From NCBI GenBank assembly GCA_027324805.1, contig DAHVRZ010000003.1, positions 1,294 to 65,293 of the forward strand: a stretch of DNA of 64,000 nt. Direction: 5' to 3'. The notes under the pieces are model-generated. The model was not told the DNA's origin. It saw only the letters and a program-made list of their open reading frames with translations, and ran no database searches. Source of the stretch: Candidatus Parcubacteria bacterium. Its GTDB lineage: Bacteria > Patescibacteriota > Minisyncoccia > UBA6257 > 2-01-FULL-56-20. Made by a program: the position numbers and the translations under genes. Positions within the stretch are counted from its first letter, which is position 1. The number at the start of each line of letters is the position of its first letter. Shown here in pieces: positions 43,926 to 53,447 of the stretch.

Positions 43926-45023
43926 TCAAAGAAGCCCACTCACATCCCGTATGGTGAGTGCGATCATCAGCGCAAGGAGGAGTGCAAAACCGATTCCGTT
44001 CACCCACGCCTCCACCTTATACGGCAGCGGCGACCGTTTGATCTTTTCGATAAGGATGACGACAAAACGTCCACCATCGAGCGCGGGGAATGGGATAAGG
44101 TTCACAACCATAAGATTGAGCGATATGACGCCGATGAATTGAAGGAGATATGCGAGGCCGATGCTGCCGGTCTCTTCGGCGACGGAAAATATTCCGACCG
44201 GGCCGACGATGCCGGCAGGGATGGATGCGTGCGTGAAGACCTGCTGGATGAGGGTCCAGAATGCTTGTATGGTCATGATGGAAATATCCCACGCAGCAAC
44301 GATTCCATCGCGGAATGCCGCGAAAACCCCTTCCCGCGGAGCGCCGCCTTCTTCGAGTGCCACGCCGATGGCGCCCTGATCAGGCCCGACATTCGTCCGT
44401 GGCGTCACCGTAAAGTCCAACTCTTTATTGTTCCTCAGAACGACAACCGTAACAGGCGTTCCTTTATGAGCATTGATGTAATCGATGAACGATTGCATGT
44501 TGGTGTAGCCTTTCACGATATCGCCCGCCTGGAAGCCTGCAGCTGCAGCAGGAGACCCCTGCTGGGTTCCGGCGATGATGAGCGATTGCGGCACGCCTAC
44601 CATGAGAACGATGGATATGAACAGCCATCCAAGAATGAAATTGGTGAAGACGCCCGCAAGAATGATCGCGCTCTTCTTCCATGCCGGTTGGGTATAGAAT
44701 TGGCGCCGAGGATCCGCAGGCGTTGCGGGAGTGATCGGCTTCGGCAGTGCAGGATTTCGCAATGCAGGATTGCCGGGATCTCCGCCTCCCTCAAGCATCT
44801 CGAACTCGCCGCGCTCGCCTGCAATCCGCACAAAACCACCGAACGGCAGCCAGTTTATGCTGTATTCCGTATCCCCGATCTTCTTGGCGGCGATGCGCGG
44901 CGGAAAACCGAAACCGAACTCGTCAACCTGGAGTCCGAAGATTTTCGCCGCAAAAAAATGGCCGGCTTCGTGACCGAGCACAAGGAGCGAAAGTCCGACG
45001 ATGACGATGATTGCGATCAGCAT
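43926..45023 (-). CDS. rseP: RseP-type site-2 protease (M50 zinc metalloprotease) with PDZ domain
   Basis: VLGHEAGHFFAAK (HExxH in a TM helix), central PDZ-like region, C-terminal LDGG motif. Confidence 0.85.
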   Translation of the reverse strand: MLIAIIVIVGLSLLVLGHEAGHFFAAKIFGLQVDEFGFGFPPRIAAKKIGDTEYSINWLPFGGFVRIAGERGEFEMLEGGGDPGNPALRNPALPKPITPATPADPRRQFYTQPAWKKSAIILAGVFTNFILGWLFISIVLMVGVPQSLIIAGTQQGSPAAAAGFQAGDIVKGYTNMQSFIDYINAHKGTPVTVVVLRNNKELDFTVTPRTNVGPDQGAIGVALEEGGAPREGVFAAFRDGIVAAWDISIMTIQAFWTLIQQVFTHASIPAGIVGPVGIFSVAEETGSIGLAYLLQFIGVISLNLMVVNLIPFPALDGGRFVVILIEKIKRSPLPYKVEAWVNGIGFALLLALMIALTIRDVSGLL

Positions 45024-45034
45024 GTATATGGATA

Positions 45035-45595
45035 TTATTCTCCAAGTTCGCCGATCTTATTCTTGAACATGCTTTCGATGTCGCCGTTCGCTTTATCGGT
45101 CGCCTTCTGGACCTTTTCGCGGCCACGGAAGTCGTCATCCTCGGTGATGATCCCGGAAGTCTTCGAATCCTTGAGGCGCTTCATTGCATCTTCGCGCCTC
45201 GCGCGGATCTGGATGCGCGCGGATTCCGCCATCTTGCCGACAAGTTTACCGAGCTCCTCCCTGCGTTCGTTTCCAAGCGGCGAAAGCGTGCAGCGGATAT
45301 TTTGGCCGTCATTCGTTGTTGAAAGGCCGAGATGGGCAGCTTCGATCGCTTTCACGATCGGCGCGGTCGCGCCGGAATCCCAGACGGTTATCTGGATCGT
45401 GCGTGGCGGAAGTACCGAAAGCGATCCAAGCTCACGAATGCTGAGCGTCTGGTCGTAAAGGCTGAGGCGGATATCCTGTACCATGTCCGGCGAAGGCTTA
45501 TTGCCTCTGATCTGCGCGATCTCCTGTTTGAATTTTCCGGTAACGCCGGCAAGAGCCGCCTCAAAATCTTTTATTATATCTTCCGTTATGGTCAT
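45035..45595 (-). CDS. frr: Ribosome recycling factor
   Basis: RRF-like coiled-coil and domain sequence (IRCTLSPLGNERREELGKLVGKMAESARIQIRARREDAMKRLK). Start taken at MTITEDIIKD...; the ORF track extends to 45649. Confidence 0.85.
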   Translation of the reverse strand: MTITEDIIKDFEAALAGVTGKFKQEIAQIRGNKPSPDMVQDIRLSLYDQTLSIRELGSLSVLPPRTIQITVWDSGATAPIVKAIEAAHLGLSTTNDGQNIRCTLSPLGNERREELGKLVGKMAESARIQIRARREDAMKRLKDSKTSGIITEDDDFRGREKVQKATDKANGDIESMFKNKIGELGE

Positions 45596-45629
45596 TGAGA
45601 GAGGTTTTAATGGTGAAGACTCGCTTATT

Positions 45630-46499
45630 TTAACGCATAAGCGCTTCAAGCTGCAACCGTGGGTTTAATGTGAAGTTTCCCGCATTTTCCGAAAGGCGGA
45701 GGGCTTTATGCCAGAATGCCGCCTTGGCGGCCGAAGGGGTTTCCCAGGCAAGTACCGTGACGAGAGTCTCAAGGAATCTCCGCATGCTGAAATCTTCCGG
45801 CTCGATCAATTTCTTTATGAAGTCCTTGCGGGTTGCAGGCGTTGTTTTGATAAACTGTTCGGCGCGTTCAAGTTCGGCGCGGAATGCGTCGTCGTTTGCG
45901 AGTCGCCATGCAAGGCCTGGCTTCCCGAGTGCACGCTTTGCGAACGTCACTGCTTTTGTTTTTGCAATACCTTGGTCTTGGATAAGCCATCGCTCGACCG
46001 TCGCCCGTGGAATCGTCCCGAGATACAACCGGGGAAGGCGCGATAAGATCGTCGGGAGAATGGCATCCGGATCGGATGTGGCAAGGATAAGGAGGGATGA
46101 TGACGGAGGCTCCTCGGTGATCTTGAGAAGCGCGTTCTGCGCTTCGATCGTAAGGAGGTCGGCGTTGTCGATGACGAGCGTCCGCCGCATGCTCGTATTG
46201 GGCTTTTGCCAGAGGAAATTCTTTACTTCGCGTACGGCATCGATGCCTATCGTGTCGCCGCTCGCATCCGGATCGAGTCTGTGCATGAACGCAAGGTCGA
46301 TGACCTTAATATCCTGCAGTACCTCATTCTCAGCCGGCGGAGAGAATACTCCCTTCTCAAGGAATTTCCCGAGTGCGAGGGCGACGGTTCGTTTGCCGAC
46401 CATGGACGGACCATGAAAAATATAACCGTGACCGAGTCGGCCGGCTTCGATCAATCCATTCAGATCCTTGATGATTACTTCGTGGCCAATGAGTGCCAT
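45630..46499 (-). CDS. holB: DNA polymerase III delta-prime-like clamp-loader subunit
   Basis: GHGYIFHGPSMVGKRTVALALGKFL and ...LVIDNADLL are AAA+ clamp-loader motifs. Confidence 0.7.
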   Translation of the reverse strand: MALIGHEVIIKDLNGLIEAGRLGHGYIFHGPSMVGKRTVALALGKFLEKGVFSPPAENEVLQDIKVIDLAFMHRLDPDASGDTIGIDAVREVKNFLWQKPNTSMRRTLVIDNADLLTIEAQNALLKITEEPPSSSLLILATSDPDAILPTILSRLPRLYLGTIPRATVERWLIQDQGIAKTKAVTFAKRALGKPGLAWRLANDDAFRAELERAEQFIKTTPATRKDFIKKLIEPEDFSMRRFLETLVTVLAWETPSAAKAAFWHKALRLSENAGNFTLNPRLQLEALMR

Positions 46500-46522
46500 A
46501 TGGCCTTAGTTTAACGTAAAAC

Positions 46523-47530
46523 CTATCGCTTGTTCAAAAGCGTCCGCTTATAGGTGTCGAGATGGTTCAAAATAAGTCCGGTACCCTTCGCGACGCAGAA
46601 CAGCGGATCTTCGGCAACATATGCCTGCACGCCAAGGAAGCGTTCGAAGAATTCGGGGAGGTGATGAAGCTGGACCGAGCCGCCCGAAAGGATGATCCCC
46701 TTCTCCATAATGTCCGCCACAAGCTCGGGCGGCGTCACGTTGAAAACATTTTGCACCGAGGTTGCGATGTCGATGAGAAGCGGATTGAGCGCCTCGGCGA
46801 TCTCGTTTGAATTGATGACGATATCCTTCGGAAGGCCGGTCACAAGGTCGCGGCCGCGCACCTGGTATTCCATCTTTTCCTTGGTCGGCATAGCCGAACC
46901 GATCTCTATCTTCACTTGTTCGGCGGTCTGTTCGCCGATCGCGAGCGCATATTTCTTCTTTACGTAATCCATGATCGCCTGATCGAACTTGTTGCCGGCA
47001 ATGCGAAGCGAGTTCCAGGAAACGATGTTACCGAGTGCGATCACCGCTTGTTCAGAAGTGCCGCCACCGATATTGATGATCATATTCCCAGAACGCGCAT
47101 TGATCGGAATGCCGGCGCCCAGTGCTGCAAGAATCGGCTCGCGAACAATGAATGCATTTCCGGCTCCCGCTTCTCGGGCCGCATTCATCACGGCACGGCG
47201 TTCGGTCTGCGTGATGCCCGCCGGCACGGAAATCACAACGTCCGGCTTGATTATATTAAACCAGCCCGATGCCTTGCTGATGAAATAGGTGAGCATCGCC
47301 TTCGTTATGTAATAATCGGCAATCACGCCGTCTTTTAAAGGACGATATGCCACGATCTCGTCGGGTGTCCGTCCGATCATCTCCTTCGCCTCGGAACCGA
47401 CGGCGAGCACCCCATTATCGGGCTTTGTGAGGGCGACGATCGTTGGTTCATTGATGATGAAGCCGCGCCCAGGCACGAAAACAACGGTATTGGCCGTTCC
47501 CAAATCGATGCCGATTTTCTTTCCAAACAT
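46523..47530 (-). CDS. mreB: Rod shape-determining actin homolog MreB
   Basis: MFGKKIGIDLGTANTVVFV... and AREAGAGNAFIVREPILAALGAGIP are MreB signatures. Start at the internal ATG; the ORF track extends to 47641. Confidence 0.85.
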   Translation of the reverse strand: MFGKKIGIDLGTANTVVFVPGRGFIINEPTIVALTKPDNGVLAVGSEAKEMIGRTPDEIVAYRPLKDGVIADYYITKAMLTYFISKASGWFNIIKPDVVISVPAGITQTERRAVMNAAREAGAGNAFIVREPILAALGAGIPINARSGNMIINIGGGTSEQAVIALGNIVSWNSLRIAGNKFDQAIMDYVKKKYALAIGEQTAEQVKIEIGSAMPTKEKMEYQVRGRDLVTGLPKDIVINSNEIAEALNPLLIDIATSVQNVFNVTPPELVADIMEKGIILSGGSVQLHHLPEFFERFLGVQAYVAEDPLFCVAKGTGLILNHLDTYKRTLLNKR

Positions 47531-47663
47531 GCTGCTTATTGTAGGCGAAATCGGGCGAAATTGCAAAAATAAATACAAAGATAGAACTGCCTCAAAACCG
47601 TCATCAATTAAAAAGCCCGTACGTCTTCTGCGTACGGGCACCTCCTTCCTGCCACGGCTGTTG

Positions 47664-48098
47664 TCATGCCGGGATCCGTTCCTGCGCGGAAACGGTCATT
47701 GTGGTTTCCGGGACATTTTCATATCGGGGAATTTTTCCGGGGACAAATGACCCCTTCACGAGCCGGAACGCGGCTTCGAGAGAAACAGGAATGAATCCAT
47801 GGCGCGGATCATCGAATTTCGGAATGAAAAGATACGCGTCCTCTACCTCGCAACCGCATATCAGTTTCGCATGATCATCCATTGAACCCGTAACAAGCTC
47901 TCCCAGCGCTTCCTGGCGCGCGGGATTGTCGGTGAAAAACATGGTGAGACGCGGCATGGCGCGCCTCTCGTCCGCCTCTCCTTGTCCGGCGAGGACCGAC
48001 CGCGGATGCTCGTATAGCCACCATTCCCGGAAATCGATTTCTGCAACGATTGCAACGACGCCATTGCTCTCGCATTGGCGAATTTTCGGTTTGCCCAT
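47664..48098 (-). CDS. Hypothetical protein (144 aa)
   Basis: Start at MGKPKIRQ.... The upstream part of the ORF-track frame lies within the murA gene end and is unlikely to be coding. Confidence 0.35.
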   Translation of the reverse strand: MGKPKIRQCESNGVVAIVAEIDFREWWLYEHPRSVLAGQGEADERRAMPRLTMFFTDNPARQEALGELVTGSMDDHAKLICGCEVEDAYLFIPKFDDPRHGFIPVSLEAAFRLVKGSFVPGKIPRYENVPETTMTVSAQERIPA

Positions 48099-48165
48099 GG
48101 GATAACCCTCCAAAACAGCTGGCCAAAGTATAGCCCAAACAGATTGCCGATTCAATTCGACGGCA

Positions 48166-49482
48166 TTATCCTCGGGCGATGTCCGCCCCAAGCTGCCGAA
48201 GGCGGTCATCGATGCGTTCGTACCCCCGATCGATTTCCTCGGCGCCGTTGATCTCGGAAACGCCCTTTGCGACGAGCGCTGCAAGAATATCCACGATCCC
48301 GGACCGGAGATCGCGCACGGTAAGGTTTGCCGACTCGAGCGGTGTCGGTCCTTCGATAATGGCGAAATGATGGAACCCCTTCCCCTCAAAGCGGCAGGGA
48401 TCGTTCGGCGGGCAGGCATCGGAAACTTTTATGTTCGCTCCCATTCGGTTCAGGTCTTCCGCATATGCAAAACGGTTCTCATAGATGGTCTCGTGGATGG
48501 TCGAAATTCCTTTCGCCTGGGTGAGGAGCACCGCAAGCGGCTGCTGCCAGTCGGTCATGAAACCGGGATGGGTATCGGTGCGTACGTCGAGCGGCGTAAG
48601 GTGGCCGCCAAATGAACTGTTCGGTGCACGCCAGAATGCGATGCCGTCCTCCGCAACCTCATATTCGCCGCCGAGCCGCCGCACGGTATTGAGGAATGTG
48701 ATGAGATGTTCCTGCACGGCGCCCTTCAGTTTGATGCGGCCGTTGGTCGCAATCGCGAGGCATGCCAGCGAAACAGCCTCGTTGCGGTCGGGCATCACGC
48801 GGTGCGTTGTGCCATGGAGCTTCGACACGCCCTCGATCATGATCGTCCTTGGCGGACAAAGCTCGATGATTGCGCCCATCTTCTGGAGCAGCTTCACAAG
48901 ATCGATGATCTCGGGCTCGAGCGCCGCGTTCTTGATGACGGTCTTCCCCTTGGCGAGCACCGCGGCGAGCATGACATTCTCTGTTGCACCGACGCTCGGG
49001 AAACGCAGTTCGATCTCGGCGCCGCGGAGGCCGCCATCCGGCGCCCATGCATGGAAACTCGTCGGCGTTTCTTCAATGCGCACTCCGAGCTTTTGGAGCC
49101 CTGAAAGGTGGATATCCACCGGCCTCGGACCTATTTTATCCCCTCCCAGTACCGGCACTTCCGCTTCGCCGGTCCGCGCAAGGAGCGGACCGAGCGCGAG
49201 GATCGGAATACGGTTGCGGCGGGAAAGCTGCGTAACCCGGTTGTTCTTTATGGAAGGCGTGGCGATGCTTGCGGTCGGACCGGCGATATCGACTTCGCTC
49301 CCGATGGATCGCAGCAGCTCGTAAACGATATCAAGTTCCCCTATTGCCGGAACGCTTTTGAAAATGCATTGTTCCTCGGTAAGAAGCGATGCGACGAACA
49401 TTTTCGATGCGGCGTTTTTCGCGCCGCCCACGGCCACTTCGCCAAAAAGCGGTTTTCCGCCTTTAACGATAAACGTTGCCAT
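48166..49482 (-). CDS. murA: UDP-N-acetylglucosamine 1-carboxyvinyltransferase MurA
   Basis: MATFIVKGGKPLFGEVAVGGAKNAA... is an EPT-family N-terminus. Full-length 438 aa. Confidence 0.9.
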   Translation of the reverse strand: MATFIVKGGKPLFGEVAVGGAKNAASKMFVASLLTEEQCIFKSVPAIGELDIVYELLRSIGSEVDIAGPTASIATPSIKNNRVTQLSRRNRIPILALGPLLARTGEAEVPVLGGDKIGPRPVDIHLSGLQKLGVRIEETPTSFHAWAPDGGLRGAEIELRFPSVGATENVMLAAVLAKGKTVIKNAALEPEIIDLVKLLQKMGAIIELCPPRTIMIEGVSKLHGTTHRVMPDRNEAVSLACLAIATNGRIKLKGAVQEHLITFLNTVRRLGGEYEVAEDGIAFWRAPNSSFGGHLTPLDVRTDTHPGFMTDWQQPLAVLLTQAKGISTIHETIYENRFAYAEDLNRMGANIKVSDACPPNDPCRFEGKGFHHFAIIEGPTPLESANLTVRDLRSGIVDILAALVAKGVSEINGAEEIDRGYERIDDRLRQLGADIARG

Positions 49483-50881
49483 GGAGATATTCGCCGAGAT
49501 TCGTAATGGGCACGCGCTCCTGTTCGCCGGTGTCGCGGTCGCGGACGGTCACGGTATCCTTTTTTTCATTCCCGCCTTCACCGAGCGTGTCGAAATCCAC
49601 AGTTACGCAGAACGGCGTCCCGATCTCATCTTGCGCATAATAGCGTTTGCCGATGTTCCCGCGGTCATCCCATGCCACCGGAAAGCGTTTCTGAAGCTCA
49701 TCATGGATGTCGCGGGCCTTTTCAACGAGCGCCGGCTTGTTCGCCAGGAGCGGGAACACGGCGACTTTGTATGGTGCGATGCGCGGAGGCAGTTTGAGGT
49801 AAACGCGATCATTCTCCTCGCGATAGCTTTCGAGCATTGTCATTGCCATAAGGCGGTTTATCCCCACCGCCGGTTCGATCACGTGCGGTACGAATTTTTT
49901 ACCGGTTGCGGGATCGGTATAGGAAAGATCGATACCGGAAAATTTCATATGCTGGTTAAGATCATAATCGGTCCTATAAGCAAGGCCCCAGAGTTCTTTG
50001 AAACCAAACGGGAATCGGTACTCAAGGTCCTCCGTCCGTTTGCTGTAAAAACTGCGCTCCTCGTCGCCGTGCTCACGCCAGCGGAGATTTTCCTTTGAAA
50101 CGCCAAGCGTACCCGTCACGAACGCCTCCATATCCTCCTTCCACTTTTCAAAAAGCGGCTTCCATTCGGTCAACTCGGGATTGAAGAAATACTCGATCTC
50201 CGCTTGCTCGAATTCGAGTGTGCGGAATATCCAATTCCCTTTTGTGATCTCGTTACGGAAACTCTTGCCGAGCTGGCCGACGCCAAACGGCAGTTTTACG
50301 CGCGTTGAGTCGGTGATGTTCTTGAAAGCCACGAAAATACCCTGCGCCGTCTCACCGCGGAGATATACCTTCGATTGCGACTCCGGCACGATGCCGACAT
50401 GCGTCTCGAAAAGGAGGTTGAATTTGCGCACCGGCGTCCAATCGAATGAGCCGCATACGGGACATTTTATCTTGTTTGTCTGGATGATCTCGTCAAGCTC
50501 AAACTCCTTCTTTCCCTCGACGCCCATGCTCTCATTTCTCTCCTCGAAGTGATTTTCAATAAGATGGTCTGCGCGCGTGCGCGTGTGGCATTTTTTGCAC
50601 TCGATCATGGCATCCGAAAACCCCGAAGCATGACCCGACGCTTCCCAAACTTTGGGATGGAGGATGATGGATGAGTCGAGTCCCACCATATCGCCCCGCC
50701 CTTGCACGAACGTCCGCCACCATTCGTTCTGAATGTTGCGCTTCAGCTCCGCGCCCACCGGCCCGTATTCATAGGAATTGGCAAGCCCGCCGTAGATTTC
50801 CGAGCCGGGAAAGACAAAACCGCGCCTCTTTGCGAGCGCCACTATTTTTTCCATCAATATGTCGGTCTTTTTCTCATCCAT
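49463..50881 (-). CDS. glyQS: Glycine--tRNA ligase (dimeric class II, GlyQS type)
   Basis: IVALAKRRGFVFPGSEIYGGLANSYEYGPVGAELKRNI... Class II motifs. C-terminal anticodon-binding domain. Confidence 0.9.
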   Translation of the reverse strand: MDEKKTDILMEKIVALAKRRGFVFPGSEIYGGLANSYEYGPVGAELKRNIQNEWWRTFVQGRGDMVGLDSSIILHPKVWEASGHASGFSDAMIECKKCHTRTRADHLIENHFEERNESMGVEGKKEFELDEIIQTNKIKCPVCGSFDWTPVRKFNLLFETHVGIVPESQSKVYLRGETAQGIFVAFKNITDSTRVKLPFGVGQLGKSFRNEITKGNWIFRTLEFEQAEIEYFFNPELTEWKPLFEKWKEDMEAFVTGTLGVSKENLRWREHGDEERSFYSKRTEDLEYRFPFGFKELWGLAYRTDYDLNQHMKFSGIDLSYTDPATGKKFVPHVIEPAVGINRLMAMTMLESYREENDRVYLKLPPRIAPYKVAVFPLLANKPALVEKARDIHDELQKRFPVAWDDRGNIGKRYYAQDEIGTPFCVTVDFDTLGEGGNEKKDTVTVRDRDTGEQERVPITNLGEYLHGNVYR

Positions 50882-50954
50882 GGGTTTGGTTTATTATTTG
50901 GAATTCTCTGTTCCGTTGAGCAATACAATTTGGAGTTCTGAAGTGCGGCGATCC

Positions 50955-52895
50955 CTATGGTGTGACGGTACGAGCACCGCTGCCGCCGACCGAATGGTCG
51001 TTTGGCAGCGCGGTCGTCACCGCATCTGCGCTTATATCGAACGAACCTCCCGTCCATGTATCGCTCGCCACAAGCGTCGCTTTTCCAAGAAGTGTCACGT
51101 CGCTCCCAACCTGATTGACTGCCGGCGTATTCGCCACCGTGAATACTGCCTTGATTGGTGCGTCAATGACTCCCGTACCCGCGGGGATATAAGGAATGGT
51201 CCACGTGACAAGTCCTGTCCCGGAATCATAGGTTGGCGTCGAGGTCGTTCCGGTGCTCGAGGCAACGGCAAGGAGGGTGGTTCCCGACTGGAGATAAGCG
51301 GATACGGTGACGCTCGAAGCATCCGTCGAATAGTTCGTTATTGCCCAATCAATCGTATAGTCCGTTTCCTGGTTCACTTTTGGCGGATACGGACCGGACT
51401 TCCAATACCCCCCAGAAGTGAATGCCATCTCCCCGCCAACTTTGTTCCGGATGGCAATCGTAGAGACGGTACTTGAACCGGAAGCTCCCGGGATGACCGA
51501 CGGCGATTGAATGGTCCCCGTGAGGGTAAGCGAATAGTCTTTATCGCTCGCCAGACGGATCGGGAACTTCGATTGCGTCTTTATGTCAAACGAAACCGAG
51601 CCGGACTGTCCGGGGGCGAGTGATGCGAGTGCGGGTGTGTTTGCCGTATACCATGTGATCGTATTCGTCCGTGAATTGAACGCGCCGGAGGTTTGAAGGG
51701 AGGCAAAATCATACATTGAACCCGAAAGTGCAGCAGATATTTTAACACTCGAAAGGGTTACGGCTGAATTGTTCGTATAGGTGAGGATGTAATGAATACT
51801 ATCACCCACCGTAGAAACATATCCCTGTTTATTGTTCGCGCTGATTTCAAGTTCAAGCGGAGAAGGCACGAGCGTGAAACTTACCGGCTGGATGTTTGAT
51901 GCATACTTCGTACCGCCGAGTACGGTGTATGCCGTCCCGGTAAACTGGTATTGCGCCTGGGACGGACCGACAATCGCTCCGGTGACCGTAATGGAACCTC
52001 CCTGTCCCGGTGAAAGTTTGCCGACATCCCACATGCCTTCCGATGATGCCGTCGCCGCAGTGTCCGTCGCCAGTGCGACACTGCTCGTCGCGAACGTATA
52101 TGCCGGCGGATATTGGAGGACGATTTCCGCATCATCGATCGTCTGTCCGCTGTTATTCGAATAGCTCATGGTGATTGGGAATGGCTGTCCGCTCACGATA
52201 TTGGTCGGCGCGGAATAATTCAGCCCGAACTGCGATTGATCCGGCGTGAAGCTTGCCGACTGCGTACTTTGATAAGTCGTCGAAGGTGTCTTCGGAGTGC
52301 TGTAAATAAGCTTTGCGGAAAGTGAATAAAGCTGCGAGGCGGTTCCCGTAACGATGAGGGTCGAGCTCTGCGATGCTACGGCGCCGGGTGCGATATCGCC
52401 AAGGGAATATTCCTGGACCTGTGTCGAGGAATCGCTTCCGAGGAACTGGACGCCCTGCGGAAGCTGAAGTGTGACCACCGCGCCGGTAAGGGTCGATTTG
52501 GAATCGTTCGCTGCGGAAATCAAAACGGTGAATGGTATGCCGACGGAAATGCCTGAGGGAGGCGCGATGGTAAGTACCGTGGCAGGCTGAGCGGGCGGGC
52601 GCGTGAGAATGAATGCTGCCGCAACGGCGCCTATTACGACAACGATACCGATTCCAAAAACCCAGAGCCCCCAGCGGCTCATAAAAGAACGCTTATGGGG
52701 AGGCTCGATATTGAGCGTCTCGCGCGGTTCCGCATCCGAAAGCGATCCTCCATTCGATGGCGCCGAGGAAGACGAAGGAGATGCGGCGGGTGTGACGGAC
52801 GAAATCGGCGATTTCTCCGTCAATGAGCGTGCCGCGCCCGGAAGGTTCGGGTTATCTTTGCCCGTCCAAACACCGTTGGGATTATAGGGAGACAT
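50955..52895 (-). CDS. Large membrane-anchored surface protein with repeated beta-rich (DUF11-like) segments, hypothetical
   Basis: N-terminal S/P-rich cytoplasmic region, one TM (WGLWVFGIGIVVVIGAVAAAFIL), then ~550 aa of T/S/G/V-rich repeats (LTGTIQSP.., TVSAYLQSGT..). Confidence 0.55.
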   Translation of the reverse strand: MSPYNPNGVWTGKDNPNLPGAARSLTEKSPISSVTPAASPSSSSAPSNGGSLSDAEPRETLNIEPPHKRSFMSRWGLWVFGIGIVVVIGAVAAAFILTRPPAQPATVLTIAPPSGISVGIPFTVLISAANDSKSTLTGAVVTLQLPQGVQFLGSDSSTQVQEYSLGDIAPGAVASQSSTLIVTGTASQLYSLSAKLIYSTPKTPSTTYQSTQSASFTPDQSQFGLNYSAPTNIVSGQPFPITMSYSNNSGQTIDDAEIVLQYPPAYTFATSSVALATDTAATASSEGMWDVGKLSPGQGGSITVTGAIVGPSQAQYQFTGTAYTVLGGTKYASNIQPVSFTLVPSPLELEISANNKQGYVSTVGDSIHYILTYTNNSAVTLSSVKISAALSGSMYDFASLQTSGAFNSRTNTITWYTANTPALASLAPGQSGSVSFDIKTQSKFPIRLASDKDYSLTLTGTIQSPSVIPGASGSSTVSTIAIRNKVGGEMAFTSGGYWKSGPYPPKVNQETDYTIDWAITNYSTDASSVTVSAYLQSGTTLLAVASSTGTTSTPTYDSGTGLVTWTIPYIPAGTGVIDAPIKAVFTVANTPAVNQVGSDVTLLGKATLVASDTWTGGSFDISADAVTTALPNDHSVGGSGARTVTP

Positions 52896-53406
52896 GTAAT
52901 GATATTACCGCACTCTCGCGGGTTTTCAAAGGGAGTTTGCGGATGCAAGTATCACAGAAAAATTCCTGGCGCGGAATATAGAAATGCATCCCCTTGCGCG
53001 TCCCGCACGACGCGCAAAGTGCATCCTCGGGGTCCCAACCAAGCACGGCGAATGCCGCTCTCCAGGAAAAACTCCTCTCGGCGATCATACGCCATATCCC
53101 CGGTTCGGGCTGCCCTTCGGGCAAAAGCATACTTAAAAATTGCAGGTTAATAATGGAAATACCGGCCATCCCTTCTTTTAATGCATCGATGATCTGTGTC
53201 CCGTGCGCCTCAATAAAACGCACACGGAGCACCGTTCCGGGCTCGAGATGTGGCGCAAGCTTTGATGTGATCTTTCGGGAACTCTTCGCTTTGCCGGTCA
53301 TCCTGCCGAACCGTTCGGTGAACAGTGTATACCGTCCGTCGAGGTCACCCTGTGGATATTTCCTGAGCGAAACGGCGGACGTGACATATTCCTGCATACG
53401 AGCCAT
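52882..53406 (-). CDS. recO: RecO-like DNA repair protein (short form)
   Basis: N-terminal OB-fold-like region. C-terminal CASCG...x17...CDTC Zn motif as in RecO. At 174 aa it is shorter than typical RecO. Confidence 0.45.
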   Translation of the reverse strand: MARMQEYVTSAVSLRKYPQGDLDGRYTLFTERFGRMTGKAKSSRKITSKLAPHLEPGTVLRVRFIEAHGTQIIDALKEGMAGISIINLQFLSMLLPEGQPEPGIWRMIAERSFSWRAAFAVLGWDPEDALCASCGTRKGMHFYIPRQEFFCDTCIRKLPLKTRESAVISLHVSL

Positions 53407-53447
53407 TGTAGCACAATGACCGGTCGTGTTTACGGATGATCACAACC

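Noticed and set aside
47664-48419. 251-aa version of the minus-strand hypothetical gene extending to 48419
   Set aside because: The first ~107 codons overlap the 3' end of murA and read as Arg/Ser-rich nonsense. The internal Met at 48098 is the more plausible start.
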